Source of the DNA: an uncultured Bacillota bacterium
GTDB lineage: Bacteria; Sysuimicrobiota; Sysuimicrobiia; Sysuimicrobiales; Segetimicrobiaceae
Direction of reading: 5' to 3'
Assembly: GCA_963804645.1 (NCBI GenBank)
Contig: CAWDRG010000009.1
Coordinates: 1,120,001 to 1,184,000, forward strand
Length of the DNA: 64,000 nt
The notes under the pieces were generated by a model. That model ran no database searches and was not told the DNA's origin. It was given only the letters and a program-made list of their open reading frames with translations. A program made the translations under genes and the position numbers. Below, one piece after another: positions 1-11,648 of the stretch (position 1 is the first letter of the stretch; the number at the start of each line of letters is the position of its first letter).

Positions 1-1073
1 CCGAGAGGATGATCGGATCGGGGCCGTGGATCATGGGGCAGTACACGCCCGATACCGTCGTGCAGTTTCGGCGGAATGCCGCGTGGCATCTGGGCCCCGA
101 GCTCCCGTACTACGACACGCTCACGCTCAGCATCATCCCGTCGTACGCCACCCGACTGACCCAGTTTCAGGCGGGCCATCTCGACGCGCTGAACGTCGAG
201 GGCGCCGATCTCAAGCAACTGAAGGACACGGTGTCCGGCGTGCAGATTTACGAGACCCCGGAGGCGCCGCTGAGCGTGCTCAATTTTTCTCCGCACGAAC
301 CGCGCTGGGACGACGTGCGCCTGCGGCTCGCCGTTTCGATGGCATTGGACGGGACGCGATGCTGGAGTCTGCCTACAGCCTCAAGCAGGTCGCGCAGGCC
401 GGGTTCCCCGTGGCCCGGAAGTGGCACAACAACGTCCCCGCGGCGTTCGCGGACTACTGGCTCGATCCCAAGGGGAGCCGCATCCGCGCGAAGGCCGCGG
501 CGGGGTTCAAGTACAATCCCACCGCCGCGAAACAGTTGGTGGCGGCGGCCGGCGGCCCGTTCGACACGGAGTTCCACTACGCGGCCGCAAACTCGCGGTA
601 CGGCGATGCGTACCGCGTGATCGCCGATTTGACGGTGCAGTACCTCGGTCAAATCGGGATCAACGCGCGCGGGATCGAGGAAAGACTACAACGCTGTGTT
701 TATCCCCCAGACCGGCGAGGGCGGGCGGTTCAACGGCTTGATGTACATCCCGCAGACGCGCACCGATCCGTTCGCACACCTGCAGTATCAGTTCGTTGAC
801 CCCGGGCACCCTTTGTATGGGCACCGGAGCCACCCGACGATCACCGACCGGATCCAGAAGATCCAATCCCTGCTCGACCCGGCGGAGATCCGATCGCAGA
901 TTCTCGACGTGCAAAACGACATCGACGAAGCGATGTTCATCGTCCCGATGGAGTTCGGCGCCGCGCCCAGTTTCGTCGCGTACCAGCCGTACATGCGAAA
1001 CGTCCTGCAGTACCAATCGCTGGGCGAAGGGGGCGCGACGGAGAACCTGCCTTCGTACTGGTCAAGCCGCTGA
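1..1073 (+). CDS. ABC substrate-binding protein, family 5 (peptide/nickel type); 5' truncated by the window, split by apparent frameshifts near 350 and 682
   Basis: GSGPW...FRRN, 'WDDVRLRLAVSMALD' and 'KYNPTAAKQLV' SBP_bac_5 motifs spread over three consecutive frames; followed by DppB/C-type permeases. Confidence 0.8.
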
Positions 1074-1082
1074 CGGCCGCCG

Positions 1083-2037
1083 ATGCGGCCGTACGTGATC
1101 CGTCGGTGCGCGCTCGCGGTGCCGACCATCATCGGCATCACGATCGTGGTGTTTCTGTCGGTGCACTTTCTCCCCGGCGACATCGTGACGCAGCTGATCG
1201 GCGCCGACGCGCAGTACATCAACCCGGAAAACGCGGGCCGCAATGGAGCGGCGGTACGGGCTGGATAAGAGCCTCGCCGAGCAGTACGTCGCGTGGTGGG
1301 AAGATCTGGCCGCCGGCAGCCTCGGCCGGTCGCTGATCAGCGGACGTCCAATCACCTGGGACCTTGGGGTCCGGCTACCCGTGACGTTCGAGCTGAGTTT
1401 GCTCGGTATGGTGATCTCGCTCGGGATTGCGGTGCCAACGGGTGTCTTGTCGGCGGTTCACCGTGACACGCCGCTCGACTACGTCATGCGCAGCTTCTCG
1501 ATCCTCAAGCTCGCCGTCCGGGCGTTCTGGTTCGGCCTCCTCACGATTACGTACGGGTTCATCCTGTTTCGCTGGACGCCGCCGCTTCATTTCACGCCGG
1601 TGTGGGAGGATCCGCTCGCGAACCTGCGGATCGTGTGGGTGCCGGCCGTCATCCTCGGCACGTTTCTGGCGAGCAGCGTCATGCGGTTCACGCGCACGGC
1701 GATGCTGGATGTGCTGCACCAGGATTACGTGCGGAGCGCGCGCGCGAAGGGGCTCGCCGAGACCGGGGTGGTCGTGCGCCACGCGCTCCGCAACGCCCTG
1801 ATCCCGGTCGTGACGATCGTCGGCCTCCAGGTGCCGGTCCTGGTGGGGGGCACCGTCGTCCTCGAGCAGATCTTTTCGATGCCCGGTGTCGGCAGCTTTC
1901 GGGTGACCTCCGTGCAGCAGCGCGACTATCCGGTGGTGCAGGCCATCGTGCTCCTGACGGCCGTGGTCGTGGTCCTGAGCAACCTTGTGGTGGATATGGT
2001 TTATGTGCTGCTCGATCCCCGGATCAAGTACTCGTGA
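1083..2037 (+). CDS. ABC peptide permease, DppB/OppB type (apparent frameshift near 1235)
   Basis: N-terminus MRPYVIRR...LPGD in one frame continues as ...DYVRSARAKGL...HALRNALIP...RDYPVVQ...DPRI in the next. Confidence 0.88.
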
Positions 2038-2879
2038 CGAACTCGCGCGCGCTGCTCCGGTTCGCCCGCACGAAGCCGCTCGGCGCGGCGGGAGGCGTGA
2101 TTGTCCTCGTGCTGATCCTGTGCGGTCTTCTGGCGCACGAGATCGCCCCGTACCGCTACGATCATTTCGACGTGTCGCAGCGGCTCGAGCCGCCGTCGAG
2201 CCAGCACTGGTTTGGGACCGACGAGCAAGGGCGTGACGTGTTCAGCCGCGTGATCTACGGCGCGCAGTCGTCGATACTCATTGGGTTCGGCGCGGTCGCG
2301 ATCTCAGCGGTGATCTCCATCTCGCTCGGGCTCGTCTCGGGATTCTACGGCGGGTGGGTGGATCTGTCCCTGCAGCGGCTCGTGGACGTGTGGCTGGCGT
2401 TCCCCGGGGTGATCTTCGTGATTCTCGTCGTGTCGGTGCTCTCGAACAGCGGCACGACGCTCGTGCTGACGATGGGGACCCTGCTCGCCGCCGGCTCGTC
2501 GCGGATCGTGCGCGCCGCCGTCCTTGCGATCCGGGAGATGTCGTGGGTCGAGGCCGCGCGGGCCGCCGGGGCGCGCGACGGCCGCCTGGTGATGCGCGGC
2601 CTGTTGCCGAACATACTCCCGATCGTCATCGTGAACGCGTCGATCCAGGTCGGGATCGTGATCCTGCTCGAGACGACGCTTTCGTTCTTGGGGTTCGGAC
2701 CGCCGCCGCCGTTTCCGTCCTGGGGCCGGATGCTTTCGGAGGCACAGACTCAAATGCTGTATCATCCAAATCTGGCGGTGTTCCCGGGGCTCGCGATCAC
2801 CGTCGCCGTCTACGCGTTCAATATCTTCGGCGATGCGCTCCGGGACGTGCTCGACCCACGACTGCGGGGCCGGGGCTAA
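2034..2879 (+). CDS. ABC peptide permease, DppC/OppC type
   Basis: HWFGTDEQGRDVFSR, EAARAAGA loop, GDALRDVLDPR; GTGA overlap with the upstream stop. Confidence 0.92.
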   Translation: MTNSRALLRFARTKPLGAAGGVIVLVLILCGLLAHEIAPYRYDHFDVSQRLEPPSSQHWFGTDEQGRDVFSRVIYGAQSSILIGFGAVAISAVISISLGLVSGFYGGWVDLSLQRLVDVWLAFPGVIFVILVVSVLSNSGTTLVLTMGTLLAAGSSRIVRAAVLAIREMSWVEAARAAGARDGRLVMRGLLPNILPIVIVNASIQVGIVILLETTLSFLGFGPPPPFPSWGRMLSEAQTQMLYHPNLAVFPGLAITVAVYAFNIFGDALRDVLDPRLRGRG

Positions 2880-3002
2880 CGGCGCGGGGCGGGGGCGCGC
2901 GCTGGCGCCGCGCGACGGCGCAGCGAGCTCGGATCATCGGGGGATGGGTGCGCCTGCCCCGTGCCGGCCGCGCCAGCCGGGATCAGTCCGAGGAGGGCCG
3001 CG

Positions 3003-3704
3003 ATGTCTGAACCGCTTCCGATCGTGCTCATTCCCGGCCTGCTGTGCTCGGCCCGGCTGTACGGCGAGCAACTGCCGGCGCTGTGGCGGCACGGTCCCGT
3101 CGTGCTCGCCGATCACACGCGCGGCGACAGCATGGAGGAGATCGCGCGGCAGATCCTCGCCGCGGCGCCGCCCAGGTTCGCCCTCGTGGGCCTCTCGATG
3201 GGCGGATATCTTTCGTTCGAGATCATGCGCCAGGCGGCGGACCGGGTCCCCCGGCTCGCCCTGCTCGACACGACCGCGCGAGCCGACATGCCGGAACAAA
3301 GCGAACGCCGCCGCGCGCAGATCGCGGTCGTCCGGGACGGGCGGTTTGGCGAGATTCCCGACTCGCAGTTCCCGGTCTGGGTCCATCCCGCCCGGGCGCA
3401 CGACGAGGCGCTGCGGCGGATCGTGCGGCTGATGGCGGAGGAGACCGGCGCCGAGGCGTTCATCCGTCAACAGACCGCGCTGCTCAGCCGTCCCGACTCG
3501 CGGCCGGGGCTCGCCGCGATCCGGTGTCCGACCCTGGTCCTGGTGGGGGATGCGGATCAGGCGACGCCACCCGATCGGGCCGCGGAGATCGCCGAGGGGA
3601 TCGCGGGGGCACGGCTCGTCACCGTGCCTGGGTGTGGCCACCTGTCGACCCTTGAGCGGCCGGCGGAGGTGACGCGGGCGCTCCTCGAGTGGTTGGAGGC
3701 GTGA
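3003..3704 (+). CDS. Alpha/beta fold hydrolase
   Basis: LIPGL, GLSMGG nucleophile elbow, GxxD...CGHLS; AGGAGG RBS. Confidence 0.9.
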   Translation: MSEPLPIVLIPGLLCSARLYGEQLPALWRHGPVVLADHTRGDSMEEIARQILAAAPPRFALVGLSMGGYLSFEIMRQAADRVPRLALLDTTARADMPEQSERRRAQIAVVRDGRFGEIPDSQFPVWVHPARAHDEALRRIVRLMAEETGAEAFIRQQTALLSRPDSRPGLAAIRCPTLVLVGDADQATPPDRAAEIAEGIAGARLVTVPGCGHLSTLERPAEVTRALLEWLEA

Positions 3705-3743
3705 GCGCCAGTGGAGCGGCGAGCGGGTCGCGACGGCGCTGCC

Positions 3744-5482
3744 TTACACGCCGCGGCGGAGCGCGCCGAACAGCCACTGGCTCAGCGCGATCGCGACGAA
3801 CGAGAAGGTAGCGAGGATCGCCGCCAGGCTGAACGCGACGTTCGGGTTGCCGCCGAAGTACGTGAACCAGATGTCGATCGCGGCGGTCATGGTCTTGGAC
3901 GTGTAGAGCATCAGGGTCATGCTGACCTCCAGCGTGACCTGCACGAAGATGAGGGTCCAGGCGGCCAGGAGCGCGGGAGCGTGCGAGCGGCATGAGGATG
4001 CCCGCGACTGCCCGGCCGGCGCCGGCGCCGTGGACCCGGGCGGCCTGCTCCAATTCCGGGTCGATCTGGGTCAGGCTGGCACTGATCCCGCGGATGCCTT
4101 GGGGCATGAAGTGGGTCACGTAGGCGATCAACAGGATCGACGGCGTCCCGTAGACGCCGGTCGGGATGAAGAGGTACGCCCACAGAATGCCGAGGCCGAG
4201 GCTGATCGCGGGAACCTGAAAGCGGGAGCATCGCGAGAAACCCGATCACGCGGGGCCAGCGCGATTCGCTCCGCGAGACGAGATAGCTGATGCCGCTGCT
4301 CAGGCCGAGCGTCACCGTCGCGGCGAGCAGCGCGTAGAGGAACGTGTTGCGGAGCGCGAGCGCGGTCGTCCCGAGGCTGGCGAGCTGCGCGTAGTTCTGG
4401 AGCGTGAAGAGGTTCGGGGTAATCTCCGGCGTGAAGTACCGCATCAGTGACACGAGCAGCAGCGTGCCGTACGGGGCGGCGACCGCGATCAGCAGGTAGA
4501 GGATCGCGAGGCCGCAGGTCAGGTGCCGCCAGGGGCCGAGTGCTACGGGCTTCGGCGCACTGGCTTTGCCGGTGACGGTGATGAACCGGCGCTGGAAGCG
4601 CGTCGCGCGGCTGTTGAGGAAAAACCCCACGATCGTGATCACGAGCAGCAGGCAGCCGATGGCGGCCGCGTAGTTCGGGCGGCTGGGCGAGTCGACCATG
4701 GAGAGATAGAGCTCGTACTGCAGCGTCGGGATGCGCGCCCGCAGTCCGATGACCACCGGGACGATGAACTGCTCGCTCGCGAGCGAGAAGATGAGGAGCG
4801 AGGCCGCGGCGATGCCCGGCGTGACGAGCGGCAGCGTAACGCGGCGGAGCGTCGTGAGCACCCCGGCCCCCGCCGTCCGCGAGGTGTCCTCCAAGCTCGG
4901 GTTCAGCGTGTCCAGGATGCCGACGATCAGCAGATACGCGAACGGAATGAAGAAGAGCGATTCGACAAGGACCATCCCGCCGATCGAGTAGACATTGACG
5001 AGCGTCCACGATCCGGGGATCACGTGGCGGGCCCAGTCATTCAGGAGGCCCACCCGCGCGATTGGCGAGGATCGTCCACGCGATCGTGGTCAGCACCGGC
5101 GAGAACAACATCGGCAGAATGAAAAGGATGCGCGAAACTGGCGGCGGTACGGCGTGTCCGTACGGCTGACGATCCACGCGAGGAACGCGCCGACGGCAAC
5201 CGAGGCGACGGTGACGCACACCGAGACGAGGAACGTGTTCTGCATCGCGGGCAGATTGGCCGTGGTGAGGAGTTGGGCCCACGACTTGAGGGTCAGCGTG
5301 GCCCCGGGCGTGCCGGGCGAGTCGCTCAGCACCGACGCGTACAGGAGCGCGCCGATCGGCAGCACGGCGAGCACGACGGTGAGAGCCAGTGTCAGCGCGG
5401 TGGCGAGCGAGGTCCCGAGCGCACGCAGGTCGCCCTGGATGACGGCGGTGTCTCCCCCGGGTTCGATTCCGGAAACGCTCAT
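3744..5482 (-). CDS. Two-domain ABC permease, FbpB/ThiP type (several apparent frameshifts)
   Basis: Two EAA loops (LEDTSRTAGAG; LEQAARVHGAG) and hydrophobic segments across ORFs 5090-5821, 5037-5738, 3917-5053, 3619-4131 and 3744-3944. Confidence 0.75.
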
Positions 5483-6577
5483 CCGGCGGCGGGTTCGCCG
5501 GCGAATCCCAGCACGGTCGACGACGGTGCGCTCGAGACAATCCTGCGGTGCCGGGCTGCCATCCGCTGTCCTCCGACTGGACGGTGAGCTCCGCCTCTCC
5601 CACGGCCACGAGGTATTCGATCTGGGACCCGAAGTACGTGCGCTCGCGCATCCGCATCGGCCAGCAGTTGGTGTCGCCCATCGGTTCCTTTCCGAGGCGA
5701 GAGGCCCTGCCGGCGCAGGACGACCTGCACCGCCGCATCCGGGGCGGGGGCTGCGGGCAGCGCGCACTGGATGGTCAGACCGGCCGCGCGCACGGTCGCG
5801 GTGCGGGTGCCCGCGTCCCACCCCGCGAGGCTTCCCTGCAGCAGGTTGCCGCCGCCGACGAACTGCGCGACGAACAGGCTGGCGGGGCGGGCGTACAGAT
5901 CTTCAGGCGTGCCGTCCTGGAACGATGCGCCCGCCGTTCATCAGCACGACGCGCTCGCAGATGGCCATCGCCTCGGTCTGGTCGTGCGTGACGTAGATCG
6001 AGGTGACCCCCAGCTGCCGCAGCACGATCTTGAGCTCGCCGCGCATCTGGAGTGCGGACGACGCGTCGAGGTTCGACAGCGGTTCGTCGAGGAGGACGAT
6101 CTTCGGGCCGCGCGACGAGGGCGCGGGCCAGGGCCACGCGCTGCTGCTGCGCCGCCGCGACAGCTGATGCGGGTAGCGCCGGCCGAGCTCGCCCAGGCCG
6201 AACGCTGGGCGAGGGCGTCGACGACGCGCTGGGGCGATCTCGGTTTTGGCGACCCGTCGCATCTCGAGGGGATAGCCGACGTTGGCCGCGACGGTCATGT
6301 GCGGCCACAGCGCATACGATTGGAAGACCATGCCGATATCCCGCTGTTCGGGGGGGGAGGTCGGCCGGCCGTCGGCGACCAGCCGGTCGCCGATGTAGAT
6401 CGCGCCCGCGCTCGGCGTCTCGAGGCCGCCGAGGCACTTGAGCGTGGTGGTCTTGCCGCACCCCGATGGGCCCAGCAGGGCGACGACCTGGCCGGACGGG
6501 ATGTCGAGCGAGATCCCGCGCAGCGCCGTGACGTCGCCGTAGGATTTGCGGAGGGATTCGATGCGGATGGATGACAT
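5479..6577 (-). CDS. ABC ATP-binding protein, FbpC/PotA type with C-terminal TOBE (several apparent frameshifts)
   Basis: GPSGCGKTT, VFQSYALWPHMTV, LLDEPLSNLD, YVTHDQ; TOBE-like 'RTYFGSQIEYLV' in a shifted frame. Confidence 0.8.
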
Positions 6578-6850
6578 GGCGAAGCGGTGCCGAGACGGCT
6601 TAGGGTGCGCCCTGCGCGCGGCTGGCGATCGAGACGGCCGCGTGTGCGGCGCGATGCAGAGAGGGGCCCTCCTCGTATTGCTCGGTGTGTGCTTGAATCA
6701 CCGCACGACGTGTTCGCTTCGTCGCGGTCCGCTCCCTTTCAGCTCGTGGGCGATCCACGTGCGACGCGCGGGAGGAAATGTCGAGGGCCGGCCCCGAAGC
6801 CGATCGGCGGCCCGGAGCCCCGCGCAGAGGGGAGCCGGCCGCAAGGCCGC

Positions 6851-7904
6851 ATGACGGAAGGCAGGGAGCCATCGCGATGTTGACCGGGACGCTGGCGATC
6901 TTCGCAAGCCGTTTCTCTCCAACGTCGGCCGGACAGCAAGTCCTGACTTGAGCGACACCGCGCACGACCCGCGTGTCTGGCAGGCGGTGATGTCGATCAT
7001 CGCCGACCTCGGCGCGGAGCCCACGCTCGCGCTGTTCGCGCCCCGGCCGGCGGACTACGACGATCCGCCGCGCGCCGTGTGCGCGTCCATGACGAAGTCC
7101 GATCTGAACGTCCTCTTGGCGTCGACCGGGATGCTGCACAGCGCGGCGTCGATGGAGGCGATGGCGGGTGGCGTGCCGTGCATCTGCATGGACGGCGGAC
7201 TGCGCCTCGAGAATTTTCAGGCCGGGGCGGTGACCGCCGACTACGCCGAGATCGCGAGGATCAAGCATTTCGTGGCCAAGAACGTGTTCGGGCCGCACCC
7301 CCGGCAGGTCCGGGTGGCCTCGCGGTTCGGGACCGACTTGACCTATTCTGTCGAGGGGCGCATTTTCGTGCCGCCGCTCCGGGGCCCGGAGTACGATCCG
7401 TTCAAGGTGTACCGCCGGACCGAGGAGGGGCGGGCGCGCAGCCCCCTCCACGCGTGCTGGTTCCCGACCGGGGAGTTCAACATCCCGCCGGTCGAGGGCA
7501 GCGCGAACGGCAAGGCCGTGATCGACCTGAGCATGCATCACCTGGGCCGGCTGCAGAGCCCGATCGAACTGACGGTCCGCGACGGCCGCATCACGACGAT
7601 CGACGGCGGCGCCGACGCGCGGACGCTACGGGACTATCTGGCCGCGTACGGCGACGACAACGCCACTCAGTTCCCAACGGAAGCATCGATCGGGCTCAAC
7701 CGCCAGGCGCGCGTGACGGGGGTCCAACGCGAGGACAAGAACATTTTTGGGTCGATGCATTTCGGGCTCGGTACCAACATCGACGTCGGTGGGACCGTGA
7801 AGAGCAACATCCACATGGACGGCGTGATGCTGGAGCCGACCTTGATCGTCGACGGCGAGGTCAGGATCCACGACGGGAAGTTTCGCGTCCCGGTGACGGA
7901 GTAA
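6851..7904 (+). CDS. M29 (aminopeptidase T-like)/NicX-like metalloprotein; N-terminus frameshifted, main ORF 6948-7904
   Basis: FPTGE, GSANG...ID, TEASIGLN, GSMHFGLG, NIHMDGV...PTLIVDG motifs of the COG2309 fold. Confidence 0.8.
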
Positions 7905-7950
7905 CATCGCACGCTGCACGGGCGGCGCGCGGGACGCCAGGGTGATAGGG

Positions 7951-9322
7951 ATGACGGGGCAGACGTACACAGAGGGGCTGGCGGCATTTATCGCGGGCGT
8001 ACGGTATGAGGACATCCCGGCAGCGGTGCTGGGGCACGCGAAGCTGATGGTTCTGGACAGCGTGGGGTGCGGGCTGTTGGGGGCGGGGTTGCCGTGGTCG
8101 GTGCGGCTGCGGGCGGCGCTGGCGGGGGTGGAGGCGCCGGGGGACGTGAGCGTATGGGGAACGGGGACGAAGCTGTCGGCGCCGACCGCGGCGCTGGCGA
8201 ATGGGACGGCGGTGCACGGGTTCGAGCTGGACGATGTCGGGGTGGGGGGCCACAACGGGTCGGTGGTCCTGACGGCGGGGCTGGGGCTGGCGGAGCACCG
8301 AGGCGGGGTGACCGGGAAAGAGCTGCTGACGGCGGTGGTGGCGGGGGTAGAGACGGCGAGCCGGGTGCAGAACTGCATCGGCCGTGCGCCGCACGTGAAG
8401 ATGGGGTTTCACGGGCCGAGCGTGATAGGGACGTTCGCGGCGACGGCGGCGGCCAGCCGGGTGCTGGGGCTGAGTGGGGAGCAGGTGACGGACGCGCTGG
8501 GGCACGCGGGGCAGCAGACGGCGGGGCTGATGGCGGTGCAGCACGGGGGAATGGGGAAGCGCCTCTTGGCGGGGAAGGCGGCGCAGAGCGGGACGCTGGC
8601 GGTGGTGCTGGCCGCGGCCGGATTCACGAACGTGCGGGACATTTTCGAATGTGAGTACGGGGGGTTCTGTTCCGCGTTCAGCGGGGGGCAGCGAACGTAC
8701 AAGCTGGAGGAGTTGGTGAGCGGGCTGGGGACGCGGTGGGAACGCCGGGGTGAACTTCAAGATGTGGGCGTGTCGGGTCCCGATCCACCCGGCGCTGGAG
8801 GCGCTGCGCGAACTGCAGCGGGAGCATGGGGTGCGCGCGGAGCGGGTGGCGCGGATCCGCGTGTGGCTGGACGAGGGGGCGTATAAGGCGGTGGGGTTCG
8901 CGTGGGAGCCGACGACGGTGACATCGGCGCAGATGAATTTACAGTACTGCGCGGCGCAGCTGCTGCTGGAGGGGGACGTGTTCGTCGATCAGTTCACGGA
9001 CGCGAAGCTGGCGGCCCCGGCGGTGTTGGACATGGTCCGGCGCGTCGAGACGATCTACGATCCCGAGCTTGATGCGCTAGGCCACTTTCAGCGGCAGGAG
9101 CGGGTGGAGGTAGAGCTGAAGGACGGAGGGGTTCTGCAGACGGTGGGCATGACGCGGGGAGGCCCGGAGAACCCGATCGGGCCGGCGGACGTGATCGAGA
9201 AGTTTCGCAAGATCGGTCGCCGCTGCCTGTCCTCGACCATTCAGGACGAATTTCTCAGCCTGTATGACCGTGTCGAAACGCTGCCGGACGTCGCGCCCTT
9301 GATTGCGCTCCTCCGCGTCTGA
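7951..9322 (+). CDS. MmgE/PrpD family protein A (apparent frameshift near 8745)
   Basis: LDSVGC, AALANGTAVHGFELDD..GH, GKRLLAGKAA..G, then FKMWAC...H in the next frame. Confidence 0.88.
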
Positions 9323-9426
9323 GCGCCGGGCTGTTGGCTGCCGCCGCCGTTCCCGTTCGGGCGCGCGAGTTCCGGCACGACCACACGCGTTCCGCGTGCG
9401 AATGCTGCTGAGTGGGAGGGAGACTC

Positions 9427-10644
9427 GTGTTGATCAGTGAGACCCAAGACGGACGGCGGGCCAGCCGGCGATCCTTGCTGCTCGGCGCGGGGCGCCGCAT
9501 CGGCGACGCGGTGCTCGGTGCGGCGCTCCTGCGCTTGGGCGTTCCGGATGCCGCGCTGGCGCAGACTCGAGCCGATGGGCCGCAGGGTGCGGTCACCGCC
9601 GCGGTGGCCGGGTCGCCCCAGATCGATGCCGACGTCCAGGAGGTCTACACGCAGTTCGTCCGGACGGAGATGCCCGGGGTCCCCGTTGAGCTCGTCCAGG
9701 CGGCGAAGCGCGAGGGCACGGTCACGTTCTACCATCTCGTGAACCCCGCCAACACGGTTATCGTCGCGGCATTTCAGGATCGGTTCCCGTACATCAAAGT
9801 GGAGACGCAGGAGATGAACGGGGGCGCCTTGGTGCAGCGGTTCATGTCCGAGGCCGAGGCCAAGGCGAGGATTGCCGACGTCGTGCAGTTGTCGTCCACT
9901 CCGGATGCCCAGAAGGCGCTGGCGGACCATTTCGTGCTGCAGTATTCGTCGGAGGCAGAGCACGACTTCCAGACCACCCACTACGTGCCCGGCTACATCG
10001 CGCCCGTGTCCGGCGAGGTGATGGGAATCGGATACAACCCCCAGCGGATCTCCGATGCCGACGCCGCGGTGTTTCGGTCGTGGGACGGCCTGATGGATCC
10101 CCGGTGGCACGGCAAGCGGTTTGCGGTCGCCGAGGTGCTGGGCGGCGGCTCGACGGAGCTCCTCAACTACTACGAATACCAGAAGTACGGCACCCGGCTG
10201 TGGCAGCAGATGGCGAGCTCGGGCTACGCGATCTATCCCGGGGCCGTCCAGCAGAGTGACTCGGTGGTGTCCGGCGAGACCGACATCGCCGCTGGGATGC
10301 CGGGCGCGCTGATCGCCGCGAAATGGGATACCGGCGCCCCGATCCATTGGAAGTTTCCGCAGCCGTTCCTCGCTGCCCCGGCCGCTCAGTTCATCAACGC
10401 CTCGGCGCCGCACCCCAACGCCGCCAAACTGCTTCAGGAATACTGCTTGACTCGGCAGGCGCAGGAGTTCATCGTGGCCGGCGGCAGCGTGTCGTTTCGG
10501 ACGGGCGTGCAGCAGACGGCGAAATATGCCCACGAGGCGTGGTACATCGCCCCGGACGCAAAGCTGTTCTGGAAGTTTACCGACCAGGCACTGGCGGCGA
10601 CGATGCCCGACATCGCCGCGAAGTGGAGGGCGATCTTCAAGTGA
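9427..10644 (+). CDS. ABC substrate-binding protein (iron/thiamine/AfuA-like clade) with Tat-like leader
   Basis: SRRSLL leader; AAKREGTVTFY, YNP, WDGLMDPRWHGK, APHPNAAKLL; GGGAGG RBS; start codon uncertain. Confidence 0.82.
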   Translation: MLISETQDGRRASRRSLLLGAGRRIGDAVLGAALLRLGVPDAALAQTRADGPQGAVTAAVAGSPQIDADVQEVYTQFVRTEMPGVPVELVQAAKREGTVTFYHLVNPANTVIVAAFQDRFPYIKVETQEMNGGALVQRFMSEAEAKARIADVVQLSSTPDAQKALADHFVLQYSSEAEHDFQTTHYVPGYIAPVSGEVMGIGYNPQRISDADAAVFRSWDGLMDPRWHGKRFAVAEVLGGGSTELLNYYEYQKYGTRLWQQMASSGYAIYPGAVQQSDSVVSGETDIAAGMPGALIAAKWDTGAPIHWKFPQPFLAAPAAQFINASAPHPNAAKLLQEYCLTRQAQEFIVAGGSVSFRTGVQQTAKYAHEAWYIAPDAKLFWKFTDQALAATMPDIAAKWRAIFK

Positions 10645-10753
10645 GCGGGCGGGTGATCCCCGGTTACGCCCCTGTGGTGTGTGCCCCGGCTCGAGGTACG
10701 GACCGTCGACGGCGATCGAGCGCACGCCGGCGGAGGCTCGGAAGGAGGACGCC

Positions 10754-11614
10754 GTGACGATGGCTACGCCGGGCGATGGACAGCTCGTACTGTTTGAGCA
10801 GCGTGACGGCGTCGGACGCATCACATTGAACCGTCCCGAGAAGCGCAACGCGCTGAGCCGGGCGCTGCTGGGGGAGCTGCGAGCGGCGCTCGACGCCGCC
10901 CGCGCCGGCTGCCGAGTTGTGGTGGTGACGGGCGCCGGCGTGGCGTTCTGCGGGGGAATCGATCTCAGCGAGTCGCGCGAGCTTCGCGGGCTGCGAGCCG
11001 CGGAGGACCCCTCGGGGACAGATGCCGCTGAGGACCGCGCCGCCCAGACGCCCCGTCCGGTGCCACTCCGGGACGTGTGGGTGGAGACGAACGAGGTGAT
11101 CCGGCGGCACCCGGCGATCATGGTCGCCGCCGTGAACGGGTTCGCGCTCGGGGGCGGGCTGACGCTGGTGCACAACTGCGAGCTGGCGATCGCGTCCGAG
11201 CGGGCGGAGTTCGGCATGCCGGAGGTGGGATTCGGCACCTTTCCGGGAATCGCCGGGCCGGCGACGACTCGGCGGATTCTGCCCAAGCACGCCGCCGACA
11301 TGATTCTCACGGCGCGGCGGATCGGCGCCGAGACGGCGGAGCGGTGGGGGATCGTGAACGCGGTGGTGCCGCACGAGCGGCTGCTCGAGGAGGCGGAGGC
11401 GCTGGCGCGGCACATCGCGCAGTTCGATCCGGTGGTGCTGGACTACAGCAAGAAGGCGCTGCGGGAGCTGGAGCTGATGCCGTGGAGCGAGGGCATCGGA
11501 TACGGCGGGTACGTCAACAGCGCGATTCGGGAGCACTCGCAGGCGTCGCGGGACGGCATCAGCCGCTTTCTGAGCGGACAGCGGAATCCTGGCCAGGGGG
11601 CTGGCGGGCAGTGA
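10754..11614 (+). CDS. Enoyl-CoA hydratase/isomerase (crotonase) family protein A
   Basis: ITLNRPEKRNAL, AFCGGIDL, AVNGFALGGG, FGMPE; AAGGAGG RBS. Confidence 0.92.
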   Translation: MTMATPGDGQLVLFEQRDGVGRITLNRPEKRNALSRALLGELRAALDAARAGCRVVVVTGAGVAFCGGIDLSESRELRGLRAAEDPSGTDAAEDRAAQTPRPVPLRDVWVETNEVIRRHPAIMVAAVNGFALGGGLTLVHNCELAIASERAEFGMPEVGFGTFPGIAGPATTRRILPKHAADMILTARRIGAETAERWGIVNAVVPHERLLEEAEALARHIAQFDPVVLDYSKKALRELELMPWSEGIGYGGYVNSAIREHSQASRDGISRFLSGQRNPGQGAGGQ

Positions 11615-11648
11615 CCGTATCTCGCGGCGCGAGAGGAGAGATCGGCGC

